Shown: positions 11,570-21,248 of the stretch, piece by piece
Position numbering within the stretch: the first letter of the stretch is position 1
Layout of the letters: every line of letters starts with the position of its first letter
From: Savitreella phatthalungensis
Lineage: Eukaryota
Reading direction: 5' to 3'
DNA length: 64,000 nt
NCBI GenBank assembly: GCA_051599415.1
Contig: AP039710.1
Coordinates: 1 to 64,000 of the forward strand
Notes under the pieces: model-generated
What the model saw: only the letters and a program-made list of their open reading frames with translations
What the model was told of the DNA's origin: nothing
Database searches by the model: none
Translations under genes and position numbers: made by a program

Positions 11570-13602
11570 GTAGGTAACTTGTATTGTCCGGCCTTGAATT
11601 CCAACAAACCTGATCTTGACTTCTTCGACAAGAATTCCCGTAGGTCGTCTATGCTCCCTGTGTAGGAGCCGCCCGCGAACATACCAAGCATGGAATTAAT
11701 TCTCTCCATCGGCAACTGTCCGAGATTGGTGAGCATAGCGACGACAAATGGCCAAATTGCTTCAAGGGAGTCCTCCTCGTCTGGCTCGGCCGCTGACATC
11801 TCTACCAGGCCAATGCTGGCGGTAAATCCCTCGGCAGGCTGCTCTTCCAGGATCGTGTATTCGTCCTCTGCGGTGACCTGCAACACGCCTTGCCGCGTCC
11901 AGAAATCTAACAGCCGGCGTGTCTCCACTGGCTGGCGACCGATCTTGCGGGCAATATCGATGAGCTGCAAAGTTGTCTCGCCCTCGAATGCATAAATCAC
12001 GGTTGCATGCACCGGACTAACAACCACGTCAAGTGTGCGATCCGCGAAGTCGAGGGTCAATCTGACGTTGCCAGCGCTAGGGAGGAGGAACAGGCGGCGT
12101 TCGCTTTTGATTCCCCGGAACAGCTCGTCGTACATTTGAAACACAGCCTGTAGTGGTTTTGGCAAGATGAGCGGCTCTTCCATTATAGAGCGTGCAATGT
12201 TTGGCCAGTACAACCTGCTCAAGACGAAAAAGTGTACGCCGTCGAGCATCCGCTCTGCGACGCGTTCATCTGCGGCGTGGATCATGCCATCGAGCCGGCC
12301 GCTGTCGGCTATGTCGCGTAGCATGACGTCGCAAGCTGCCATCTTTGATTCCCCGAATCTCGCCTTGAGCATCTCGAGATCGCGGACATCACGCGAGATA
12401 TCGTACGAAGGAGAAGCGAGGAGCCTCGCGGCGAGAAGTTGTTGCAGCTCGCGTACGAATATGTCTTTATTGTCGTAGATCGTGGTCAGAGAGGAGATAA
12501 TATCAATTGCTCCGCCTCTCAAGTAGTCTCCAGGGGCATCGATAGGATTCGGTTTCCATTCTAGGTCTTCCTCCGGGTCATATGACATGCCAAGCGGTGC
12601 TTTCGTTTCGCCAAGCTGGAGTCCAAGACTTGAATCTTCTCCTATCAGGCTTGCCATGATTGTTCGAATTGTGTCTCCACGATCGCGCAGGTATTTGCGG
12701 ATCGGTCTTGCCACATGTTCCAGTAAAATGCCCTCTCCATCTAACACAAGCATAGCCCGAATGGTAGATACGTAGAAGTCGATGATGGTGGCAGTATTCG
12801 CGCCAGGATGCAGTAGTCGCGCTTCGCATTGTCCCACAAAGGTGGCGACAAGGCGTGTACGAAGCTTTTCTTCCCCGCTGAGCCCGCTGCGGAGGGCCTC
12901 CAAAGTCTTGTGAGAATCCGGATAGTCGACCACCAGTTCGAAGAGCTGTTCAATCCTTGTGCATGTCAAGGCGATTTGTACTTCATCTTCAAGGGTCATC
13001 TCGTTTGATGAGTATCCGAGAAGCTCGAGCCTGTCAAAAGCACTGGCTTTGAGCTCTTCGAAGAGCGCCTCAGCTCCCTGAAGAGTTCCTGACGTGATCA
13101 GCGACCTGCAAGCAAGGATCTCGGATTGGATAAGGTGCATGACCTCTTCGGCGAAGGTCTCTAAGAGTCCACATTCGACAAGTCCTGCGATCAGCCGCAC
13201 ATCGGCTGCTCCCGTCCGCAGACGATCTCTGCAGGCTTTTCGCAAGGACGAGCGGTTGATTGAATTTCTGATCAACGCATCGAACGGCTCTGCGATTGAC
13301 ATTCCTCGAGGCAAATCCAGGTTATCGAGGCAGTGCTGATATCGTGCGAGCCCTTCCCGAAGGTTGCTCACGACTTCGAGCAGGGTTGCATTGTTTAGCG
13401 GGACCTGAGATAGAGCGGGTGCAATCTTGAGAGCAAATGTCGTCCTGACGAGCTCCTCGTAGAACGCATAGACGGCTCGAGCTGGAAGAAGTGCCATGTC
13501 TTGCCGGATTGACGAGCTGTTACACGCAGCGGGGGAGCGACCTAGATAATCTGTGATGTGTTGCCATGCAGTCTGGACATCTGCAGAAGCAGACAATGGC
13601 AT
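11566..13602 (-). CDS. APC2: Anaphase-promoting complex subunit 2 (cullin-like)
   Basis: LFELVVDYPDS, RLLHPGANTATIIDFYVSTIR, PIRKYLRDRGDTIR, WKPNPIDA, CDVMLRDIADS, WPFVVAMLTNLG. Start uncertain (ATG 13602 or 13662). Confidence 0.9.
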   Translation of the reverse strand: MPLSASADVQTAWQHITDYLGRSPAACNSSSIRQDMALLPARAVYAFYEELVRTTFALKIAPALSQVPLNNATLLEVVSNLREGLARYQHCLDNLDLPRGMSIAEPFDALIRNSINRSSLRKACRDRLRTGAADVRLIAGLVECGLLETFAEEVMHLIQSEILACRSLITSGTLQGAEALFEELKASAFDRLELLGYSSNEMTLEDEVQIALTCTRIEQLFELVVDYPDSHKTLEALRSGLSGEEKLRTRLVATFVGQCEARLLHPGANTATIIDFYVSTIRAMLVLDGEGILLEHVARPIRKYLRDRGDTIRTIMASLIGEDSSLGLQLGETKAPLGMSYDPEEDLEWKPNPIDAPGDYLRGGAIDIISSLTTIYDNKDIFVRELQQLLAARLLASPSYDISRDVRDLEMLKARFGESKMAACDVMLRDIADSGRLDGMIHAADERVAERMLDGVHFFVLSRLYWPNIARSIMEEPLILPKPLQAVFQMYDELFRGIKSERRLFLLPSAGNVRLTLDFADRTLDVVVSPVHATVIYAFEGETTLQLIDIARKIGRQPVETRRLLDFWTRQGVLQVTAEDEYTILEEQPAEGFTASIGLVEMSAAEPDEEDSLEAIWPFVVAMLTNLGQLPMERINSMLGMFAGGSYTGSIDDLREFLSKKSRSGLLEFKAGQYKLPT

Positions 13603-13760
13603 GGATGTGGTAATCCGTCGGCATGCTTGCAGCGATGCTGCTCGACAGTCTCGGACCACCATGCCCGACACCCGAGAGGGCGGTCCAACGTGTGCACACG
13701 ATGCTCTATACTTCCACCTGAATGGATTATGTTTATGTTGCGCGGACTGCGGTTCTATCT

Positions 13761-14200
13761 TTAGCTACAAAGCCCGACCCGGCCCCGCGCAATGTCCGTG
13801 GCTTCGGCGGCAAATTCGGGCAGAAAATCGACTGTAATGCCGGCTTCGCGGAGCTGCTCTGCACCTGTACAAGCTTCGACGAAATCCGGAGGTTCGCTGA
13901 CCGCCTGGACAACGCGAGCCACGCCGGCTTGAAGCAGCCTCGATACACATGATGCATTGCCAGAGAGCCTCAAGCTGCAGGGTTCCATTGTCGTATAGAC
14001 TGTGGCACCTCGCGCGGCCTCGATGCTGTCGAGCTTATGAAGCGCACACTGCTCGGCATGCGTATTCCCCGGAAGCTCGCGGGAATAGCCGGTCGACAGG
14101 ATTTGGCCATTTGCAACGAGCACACACCCGACACAATACGCAGAATCTACATACGTAGACCTGCGCGCCTGTTCGAGGGCTTTCCGCATAAAATCGTGGT
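13761..14200 (-). CDS. Zinc-dependent DRAP deaminase (Rib2/RibD-type, riboflavin pathway); 5' end unresolved
   Basis: TGYSRELPGNTHAEQCAL and YTTMEPCSLRLSGNASC. First ATG is at 14189; a 3' splice site ends at 14201 (see findings). Confidence 0.88.
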
Positions 14201-14248
14201 CTACAGCATGGTCAGCTAATTGATGGAGGATCAAAAGTCGAATTACTG

Positions 14249-15685
14249 TCACTGACCAGTCTTATCCGTACCTTTCGCGGAGACCTGCTTGCCTTCCTTC
14301 TGCATGCGCTTGACGACGGCAGAGATGAGCGCTGCTCCTACTCCGGATCCGTCCTCAGCTGGCAAGATTTTGATTTCGTCACCGTCCTTGCCGAAGATGT
14401 CTCGGAGCGCTTGAGCCCCCCTTTCGCGGAAGTGCGGATATTTTGCGTAGACAGACCCATCCGCGCCAACATGGCACTTCCTGATACCCTTCTTCTTGCA
14501 AATCGCGGCCACTCCAGCGGCAGATAGGCGTGCGGAGCGGGTGCCGATCAGCTCTGCAAGTCTCCGGATCAATTGAAGCTCTGGTAACGTTGCTGCGATG
14601 CCGAACTTCTTTTCAAATATATCCTGAGTGTCGATCAGATTCTCGTTTGGATCAGTCTCAATATCCGACAGCACCGCAGTCTCGAGCGAGTATGGCTCGG
14701 ACAGCTTGTCAAGGTTCTGGCCTTGGAAGAGCTGTCCGCGGCCGTGATAATCAACGATGACTTGCCGGGCGATTTCACCCAAATAGAGACCTGCGATCAT
14801 CTTCTCGAATTTCTGTTGTCCAGGTCGTGGCGACTGCTCGTCGATCAGCGCGTCGTAATTTGTGCGGGGTACCAGTGGGAATGCACCCCATTCACAGTTG
14901 ATCGCCATCTGCAAGGACGGTTCGAATCCGCGAGAATGGAGTTTCGGAATGTGCTCAATTGTTTCCATGTAGGCCGCATTGCAGCCGGTACCGAATATAA
15001 CCGCAATCTGCATTTCCGGATCGACGTAGTTGCTAGCGATCAGGGTACCGGTCGTGTCATTGATGAGCGCGCTGCAGCGAATCTTCAAACCTTGCTTCTC
15101 AAGGGCCTTGTTGAAGACCGGGACCACGTCGACTCCTTCCACGTCGTTGACATCGAAGCCCTTTGTCCAGCGCTGAAGCACACCATGGTCTATGGCGTCC
15201 TGCGAGCACGGGTATGAGAAGGTAAAGCCAAGTGGCATGTCCAGATCACCGACCTCATGATGGTCATCAAGAAATTTCTTGACACATGTGGCGATATGGT
15301 CGAATAACGGGTCGCGCTCACCGTGCTTTAGCTTTTCAGGAATGCGGTATTTAGCCTGTAGCAGGTCGTATTTACCATTGCCTTCGATCGTGATCTCGCA
15401 TACGCGGATGTTCGTGCCTCCCATATCGATGGCCAGGTAGGAACCACTCTCATCTGCCTTTGCATATCCTTGCACCCACGTCGGAATCATTGGAATGTCA
15501 TGGCCTTCATCGCCACGTAGGCCTTTCTCGAGCTCGCCAATGAAATCGTCCACGATCTTCTTGAGCGCTTCCGGTCCGATCGTGAACAGTTGCTCCAAGT
15601 CCTTGATATGCTCGAGGATATTGTCCGGCACATGGGCCATGGACCCTTTACGCCTGGGCGGCTTGCGAGCAGAGACTGGAGCCAT
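14249..15685 (-). CDS. HXK: Hexokinase (478 aa)
   Basis: RKGSMAHVP N-terminus as in yeast Hxk1/2, AIDMGGTNIRV, LGFTFSYPC, LQRWTKGF, INDTTGTL, NCEWGAF, AEDGSGVGAAL. Confidence 0.96.
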   Translation of the reverse strand: MAPVSARKPPRRKGSMAHVPDNILEHIKDLEQLFTIGPEALKKIVDDFIGELEKGLRGDEGHDIPMIPTWVQGYAKADESGSYLAIDMGGTNIRVCEITIEGNGKYDLLQAKYRIPEKLKHGERDPLFDHIATCVKKFLDDHHEVGDLDMPLGFTFSYPCSQDAIDHGVLQRWTKGFDVNDVEGVDVVPVFNKALEKQGLKIRCSALINDTTGTLIASNYVDPEMQIAVIFGTGCNAAYMETIEHIPKLHSRGFEPSLQMAINCEWGAFPLVPRTNYDALIDEQSPRPGQQKFEKMIAGLYLGEIARQVIVDYHGRGQLFQGQNLDKLSEPYSLETAVLSDIETDPNENLIDTQDIFEKKFGIAATLPELQLIRRLAELIGTRSARLSAAGVAAICKKKGIRKCHVGADGSVYAKYPHFRERGAQALRDIFGKDGDEIKILPAEDGSGVGAALISAVVKRMQKEGKQVSAKGTDKTGQ

Positions 15686-15963
15686 GGTCTCGTCCTCGTC
15701 CTGCCTCGAAGTGTCGGTCGTAAATCTCTTCTCCGGCCGCCTTTGAACTTCATTCTCGGGCTGACCTCCCTCGACCGATCGATCTGCGAGAATATTGATC
15801 AATTAGCAACTCGGCCGAGTGTTTGCTTAGGATGTCATTTTGCATGGCATGCAAATCAAGCTAGCTGCATACATGCTTGACGATTGATCAATCGACCGAG
15901 CGAGATCATGAATGACCAGCCATCTGGATGTAACTGAAATGTTCGTTGCTTGAAGGAGCGTTG

Positions 15964-16275
15964 ATGAGTAGGATGGCAAATCGAACGCTATTCGTAAAGA
16001 ATCTGCCTTTCGACATATCGTCACACGAGGTCTTTGAACTGTTCGGCAGGTACGGAGCGATTCGTCAGATACGCCTTGGGGATGCACAGGCCACGAAAGG
16101 TACTGCCTTCATCGTGTATGAGGAAGTAAATGACGCGAAGAAGGCCCACGACAAGCTTGCAGGTTTCAATCTGAAGGGCAGGTATCTGGTACTGTTGTTC
16201 CACAAGAAGCCTGACAATCTCGAAACGCGTGCCAAGGCTATTGAGGACATGAAGGCTCAATATAATGTGACTTGA
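15964..16275 (+). CDS. SF3B6: U2 snRNP SF3b p14 (RRM protein)
   Basis: NRTLFVKNLPF, LFGRYGAIRQIRLG, TKGTAFIVYE, LAGFNLKGRYLVLLF. Confidence 0.93.
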   Translation: MSRMANRTLFVKNLPFDISSHEVFELFGRYGAIRQIRLGDAQATKGTAFIVYEEVNDAKKAHDKLAGFNLKGRYLVLLFHKKPDNLETRAKAIEDMKAQYNVT

Positions 16276-16289
16276 ATGCTTTGCTTGTG

Positions 16290-17618
16290 CTAAATGATCT
16301 TAGAGGCTATTACCTTAAGGAGGAAGAGCCCGGCAAATGCAGAGAAGAGGACGAGTGGCTTTCGCAACATGGCTGATGTTGTGTACTGATACTCAACCAC
16401 GATCTCGCCCCGCGCAGTTTCTTCCACAAGGTCCGATGCAAGGAACGTCAGCGTCGGACGGCCCAATGTATCGCCGAAAGTCTTATGCACGCCGTGCGCC
16501 ACTTTCGTCACGCCGACCGTCGTCTTGTGACTCAGAACGTTGGCGCCTTCTGGCAGGACGACGCGAACGGACGCACGCTCGTAAATAACATCATTTGGCC
16601 CTTCCATGAAGGGGACGCGGAGGACATAAGTCGTGTCGTCTTGTCTCAGCAGTGAACGGGATAAATCGTTGTTCCAGCCGACGACGAAGGTATAATTCCA
16701 GTTTCCAAAGATAGGGTATCTTGGCTTGAGCTCGAGGACAGCCTCGCGAGCATTTGAGCGGAAGCGCGACGTTGATACGTTGCCAATCTCATCCACGAAG
16801 TACGCGTCGCGCGTGCCAATTGGCAGATTCAATCTAACGCCTCGAATAGCCGTGGATTTAGGATTATAGAAAGCTGACTGAGAATAAGCGATGCGATCAA
16901 ATTGCTTGGCAAGTTGAGCAGCTCGATTCGTCAGACTGTAACTGTCTTCGAAGGCGATATTGCCGCCCCAGTGCGAAACCTCGATGTCTCGCGCGAGGCT
17001 GCGTACCACTGCAATCGGTGCTGTGGCTTCGTATCTGATGGTCGCCAGCAGCTTCTCCCCACCAGCAACGTCCTTAAAGGGTCCGTAAGTAACAGTGCTG
17101 CCCTGTAGATTGCCGTCTCCGCTGTGCTCCTGCACATCCGATGATGGTAGTTTGACTTTTGTCTTCTGTTTTTCGACTGCGTATGCAGACTTGACGTAGA
17201 CGTCTCCAGACCACGATAGATAGTGCTTACCGTTTTGCTCAATTCGCGCCGGCTTGGGCTCAAGAGTATCAAACGTTGCAGTTGTCAGAACCAAGGTGAT
17301 CTGCTCCTTGGCTAAAACCAGACGCGGAATTTGGATAGCCCAGTAGCCGCTTTCCTGAGTGACAAGGAAGTCCTCTGAATTGGTTTTGCCCTTCTCTTTT
17401 GCCTCTAGCACCACTTGACGCTTCCCGACTTCGAGAGGCAAGTAGACGACTGATTGTGGCTCTTTCGATAAGTTCTCGAGAATGACCGCGAGATTGTCCC
17501 GCTGCACGGTCTTGGTCAGGTCGATTGTCCTGAGCGCATTTGTAACGCGCCAGACAGGAGGAACATTGTCAAAAGCCAAGACCGGAAGGACCAGCAGACT
17601 GACCAGACCGAACAGCAT
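16290..17618 (-). CDS. OST1: Oligosaccharyltransferase subunit ribophorin I
   Basis: Signal peptide MLFGLVSLLVLPVLA, RDIEVSHWGGNIAFED, YFVDEIGNVSTSRFR, KPRYPIFGNWNYTF, C-terminal TM. Confidence 0.93.
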   Translation of the reverse strand: MLFGLVSLLVLPVLAFDNVPPVWRVTNALRTIDLTKTVQRDNLAVILENLSKEPQSVVYLPLEVGKRQVVLEAKEKGKTNSEDFLVTQESGYWAIQIPRLVLAKEQITLVLTTATFDTLEPKPARIEQNGKHYLSWSGDVYVKSAYAVEKQKTKVKLPSSDVQEHSGDGNLQGSTVTYGPFKDVAGGEKLLATIRYEATAPIAVVRSLARDIEVSHWGGNIAFEDSYSLTNRAAQLAKQFDRIAYSQSAFYNPKSTAIRGVRLNLPIGTRDAYFVDEIGNVSTSRFRSNAREAVLELKPRYPIFGNWNYTFVVGWNNDLSRSLLRQDDTTYVLRVPFMEGPNDVIYERASVRVVLPEGANVLSHKTTVGVTKVAHGVHKTFGDTLGRPTLTFLASDLVEETARGEIVVEYQYTTSAMLRKPLVLFSAFAGLFLLKVIASKII

Positions 17619-17924
17619 GACTGTTGAATACTGTCTTTGAGCCACGATGCGTGGACAAACTAATTTGAGGCCTATGACTCGTTCGACGCGACCCTTCAAG
17701 CCAAGCAGAGACGTGCATTTAGGATTGATCATACACGTGTCCGGAAACTTGCAGGTGAGGTCCATGATCGTCAAATTTGGACACCCGGGTGTTTGGGCCT
17801 GTACCTTGCACGCACGGCCAGCGGTGCTACCCATAGGTGTTGCCTCAGTCCCGTCGATCCGTCAGGCACATAAGAAAGCACTATACGATTCCCACACTAA
17901 CGACATCATTCAGCTTTCTCAACA

Positions 17925-19319
17925 ATGGTCAAGGATATTGTGAAGAAGCCAGAACCCGAGGTGGAGGATGTTGACATCTACTCTTCTGAAGACGGCAGCG
18001 AGTACTCTGACGACGATTTTCTGAACCCAGAATTTGCATCAATTTTGGGAGCTCAGCAACGTGTCGCCGCCCTCAAGACCCCTGCCGCAATGTACGGCCT
18101 AGTTGTTCCAGCTGGAGGTGAGCTCGTGCCGCTGATCGACGATGACGAGATGGACCAGTGCGTTCGTCTCACCATGGCATCGCTTGATCTGACCAGCGAG
18201 AGCGAGTCCACAAAGCCCGTCATTCTGCGCGTCATTCGTCGCCCGATGATCGACTATGACGATGAGGACGATGAGGACGACGAGAATGACGAAGACGACG
18301 ACGATGACGAAGAGGTCGAAGACGACGAGGATGAGGACGATGAAGCTGAGCTCATTGATGATGAGGCCGAAGAAGAGGACGAGGACGAGGACGGCGACAG
18401 CGACGAGAATGGAGACGAGGAGCTTGATTCCGACCTTGAGGATGAGCTGGACCTCTTCACGGAGGACTATGTGCTTTGCACGCTGAAACCCGGCGCGGTT
18501 TATCAGCAGACTCTCGACATCACCTTCTCGGAGGGTGAGATGATTTACTTCACTGTCGAGGGCGACGTCGATGTTCATCTCACTGGAAATTACATGACTC
18601 CTGTTGACTCTAACGGACCGATTGACGAGTATGATTCCGATTCGGACGATTTCGAGGACGAGTATGACTCCGAGGACGACGACGACTTTGAGGACGAGGA
18701 AGACGAAGATGACGAGGACGAGGAGATCGACGAGATCGATGCTCGTATCACGGAGCTCGAGGAGGCTGAAGCCGCGGCGAAGCAGGGCAAGAAGCGACGC
18801 GCATCTACCGAGGTTGCCGATCTTGACGATATGATGGAGGAGGCTGCTTCTAAGCCAGCCGCAGCCTCGAAGAAGGACAAGAAGAAGCTCAAGGGCGCCG
18901 ATGGTGAAGCTGTCTCTGTGCCTACAATCGCATCTGCCGAGGAGAAGAAGTCTGTCAGCTTCACGAACGATACTAAGGGGGCAGTCAAGACTGTAGCTCA
19001 CGGCGTCACTGTCGATGATCGCAAGGTCGGAGAGGGTCAGGCTGTCAAAAACAACTCAAAGGTCAGTATCAGGTACGTTGGCAAACTCAGGAGCAACAAC
19101 AAGCAATTTGACGCCAACACAAAGGGAAAGCCGTTTTCGTTCACAGTTGGCAAGGGCGACTGCATCAAAGGTATGGAAGCAGGGGTCATCGGTATGAAGG
19201 CCGGGGGCGAGCGCCGCATCATTATTCCCGCCGCAGCTGCCTATGGCTCTCAGAAGCTGCCCGGAATCCCAGCAAACTCGGACTTGATCTTCGACATCAA
19301 GCTGCTCAAGATCAACTAA
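17925..19319 (+). CDS. FPR3: Nucleolar nucleoplasmin-like FKBP (Fpr3/Fpr4/Fkbp39 type)
   Basis: NPL domain (VRLTMASLD, VLCTL, VHLTGNY), acidic tracts, C-terminal FKBP (RYVGKL, FDAN, GMKAGGERRIIIP, IPANSDLIFDIKL). Confidence 0.9.
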   Translation: MVKDIVKKPEPEVEDVDIYSSEDGSEYSDDDFLNPEFASILGAQQRVAALKTPAAMYGLVVPAGGELVPLIDDDEMDQCVRLTMASLDLTSESESTKPVILRVIRRPMIDYDDEDDEDDENDEDDDDDEEVEDDEDEDDEAELIDDEAEEEDEDEDGDSDENGDEELDSDLEDELDLFTEDYVLCTLKPGAVYQQTLDITFSEGEMIYFTVEGDVDVHLTGNYMTPVDSNGPIDEYDSDSDDFEDEYDSEDDDDFEDEEDEDDEDEEIDEIDARITELEEAEAAAKQGKKRRASTEVADLDDMMEEAASKPAAASKKDKKKLKGADGEAVSVPTIASAEEKKSVSFTNDTKGAVKTVAHGVTVDDRKVGEGQAVKNNSKVSIRYVGKLRSNNKQFDANTKGKPFSFTVGKGDCIKGMEAGVIGMKAGGERRIIIPAAAAYGSQKLPGIPANSDLIFDIKLLKIN

Positions 19320-19385
19320 GCGTGCATAAAAAGGATAGAGTTGGAGAGTCAATCATTATTTCGTATGGTGTCGATGCCCGAGAGC

Positions 19386-20114
19386 TCAGGTGCAGCGCTT
19401 CCCATCGACGGAGTAGAAGCCGACTTGCCGCACACGATGCGCGCGGCCAGATTGTTCATCGAAGACCTGGCAGCCGTATTGAGCAGTCCAAGGCGGAGTA
19501 TAGAGGTGTAGCGAGACAGCAGTCTCTGTAGCGCTAGGATTGCATATTCGATGGACCCCTAGCGCATCTGAGATGTATGCTACTTTATCCCTGCCATAGC
19601 GTGTCCGTCTCTTTATGACCATGGCATGCGGAGTTTCGGAGGTTTCGTCATGTAAAACTTTGTCTTCGTGCATTTCCTCAACGCCATGTTCAGGTGTGAT
19701 GTGCATTGGCTGCGTTCCTTCTGGCCATTCGTACAGCACTTCTTCGAGCTCCCCCTTGAGGACCTTCATCAAGCAGTGCGCGTTACTGTGGCAATGCGCC
19801 GGAGAAGCCTTTCCAGGATTCCAGACGAGGACAAGCAGGTTTGCGCGGCCATTCACGTCGTCGACGAGATTACGGGTATACGCGCGTGAAGGATCACCCA
19901 GCGCGTATCTCCTCCATTCCTCCTCAACTGATCTATAGGCCTCCAGAGATGTGATGAGCTGCAAGAGATGACTTTCACTTGTATCTATGCCGTGCGCAGT
20001 CCCGAGGCAATTACGGATTGCACTTATCAAGGTCGCGAAGGAGGGCAGAGCACTGGAGGCGTTCAAAGCTGGAGAGCACCTCTGTGGTAATTCTTGGACC
20101 AGCGCTGGTGTCAT
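19386..20114 (-). CDS. CDO1: Cysteine dioxygenase
   Basis: YTRNLVD, WNPGKASPAHCHSNAHCLMKVLKGEL, YISDALGVHRI, AVSLHLYTPP. Confidence 0.92.
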   Translation of the reverse strand: MTPALVQELPQRCSPALNASSALPSFATLISAIRNCLGTAHGIDTSESHLLQLITSLEAYRSVEEEWRRYALGDPSRAYTRNLVDDVNGRANLLVLVWNPGKASPAHCHSNAHCLMKVLKGELEEVLYEWPEGTQPMHITPEHGVEEMHEDKVLHDETSETPHAMVIKRRTRYGRDKVAYISDALGVHRICNPSATETAVSLHLYTPPWTAQYGCQVFDEQSGRAHRVRQVGFYSVDGKRCT

Positions 20115-20292
20115 GGTTTGAGGCTCTATGCGCGCAGTTCGTGAGTTTTATCGACCGCAGTGAGCAAGTTATCATCATTTCATTGATCGATTTCACCATA
20201 CGTCTAATTAATTCTTGCAGGCATTGTCTGACATGTGCATCTTGTGGCCGTCGATCCCGGCGAGAAATTATCCGATAGCGCTCATATATATA

Positions 20293-20859
20293 CTATTCAG
20301 CCGGAAGTAGTGCTACAGCGACATTTCGACCCTCGGCAGCGAGCACATTGAATGTACTGGCCGCGTTGCGCGTGTCCATTGTGTCGACATTGATGCCCAG
20401 GTTATGAAGGTACTCTCGTACTGAGCGTTCAAGAAATTCGTTGCGAGCTCCCGTGCCGATTATGACCATGTCTGGTTTAGTGATCGAGATCTCAAATACA
20501 GCGAGCGTGTTAGTGTCCATCATCAGAACCCCACTGCTGTCGATACGCGCTCGCGGGCGCCAAAGAAGGGCCTCGCCGTTAAGCACAATGATTGGCTCAT
20601 TGACCTCAAGACCCGAGGACAGTTGGAATCCCCGACAATGACGGAGCACCGAGTCAATTTGAACCGCTGGTGTTGGGCCTCCAGCCATAACATCATCGAA
20701 GAAAGCACCGTCTGGACGGCCTTGCAATTGAGGTAAGTGTTTGTTATCATTGTTGCGCCTGTCGCGTTTCAACAGCGGTGTTTGGGTTGCGAAGGTTCGA
20801 ACCCTTGGAATAGATTTTACCAAGGGTCCTGAGTGTATCGCCCGTACGATACTTAGCAT
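20293..20859 (-). CDS. NDUFAF3: Complex I assembly factor (Mth938-like domain)
   Basis: KPDMVIIGTG, MDTRNAASTFNVLAAEGRNVAVALL; presequence-like N-terminus. Confidence 0.88.
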   Translation of the reverse strand: MLSIVRAIHSGPLVKSIPRVRTFATQTPLLKRDRRNNDNKHLPQLQGRPDGAFFDDVMAGGPTPAVQIDSVLRHCRGFQLSSGLEVNEPIIVLNGEALLWRPRARIDSSGVLMMDTNTLAVFEISITKPDMVIIGTGARNEFLERSVREYLHNLGINVDTMDTRNAASTFNVLAAEGRNVAVALLPAE

Positions 20860-21248
20860 ATCCTATGCTCCAGTCAAAACGGCCAGTGTCTTGGCTGGCT
20901 GGCTTAAAGTCGTGAGACTGCACAATGACTTCATCATGGGGAATGCGCGCATCGACCTCCGAATCTCACCATCAGCTTGGCGAGACTTTCGATCGAGTCT
21001 CGAATGTGGCAACCGCTTTGTGGCTGAGGTCGCCAAATTGGGCTGGCCCCAGCTTTGGCCTAGCTGCAGCTCGCGCTCATTAAGGACTTTTCACTCGGTA
21101 CTCGCCCATTCGGGCTTCTTGTGCATTCGTGCATTCATTCAACCTTCCATGGACGATCTTGGCCCGGTTTGAGGACAGGTGAATTGCAGCAAAAGAACGC
21201 GTGAAGGCGCCGAAGGTAAACGGACAACTCGGAAGAGGCGTGCGAAGA

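Noticed and set aside
14249..14252. Bacterial-style GTGA start/stop overlap between HXK and the deaminase
   Set aside because: GTG reinitiation is unlikely in a fungus, and the extra residues are intron-like sequence. The splice model fits better.
17781..17792. Palindrome ACACCCGGGTGT next to an Sm-like AAATTTGG in the OST1/FPR3 spacer
   Set aside because: No U1, U2, U4 or U5 hallmark sequences; a 12-bp palindrome is expected by chance in 64 kb.
18099..19001. 300-aa antisense ORF over FPR3 and similar long shadow ORFs
   Set aside because: Explained by codon bias of the acidic sense-strand gene.
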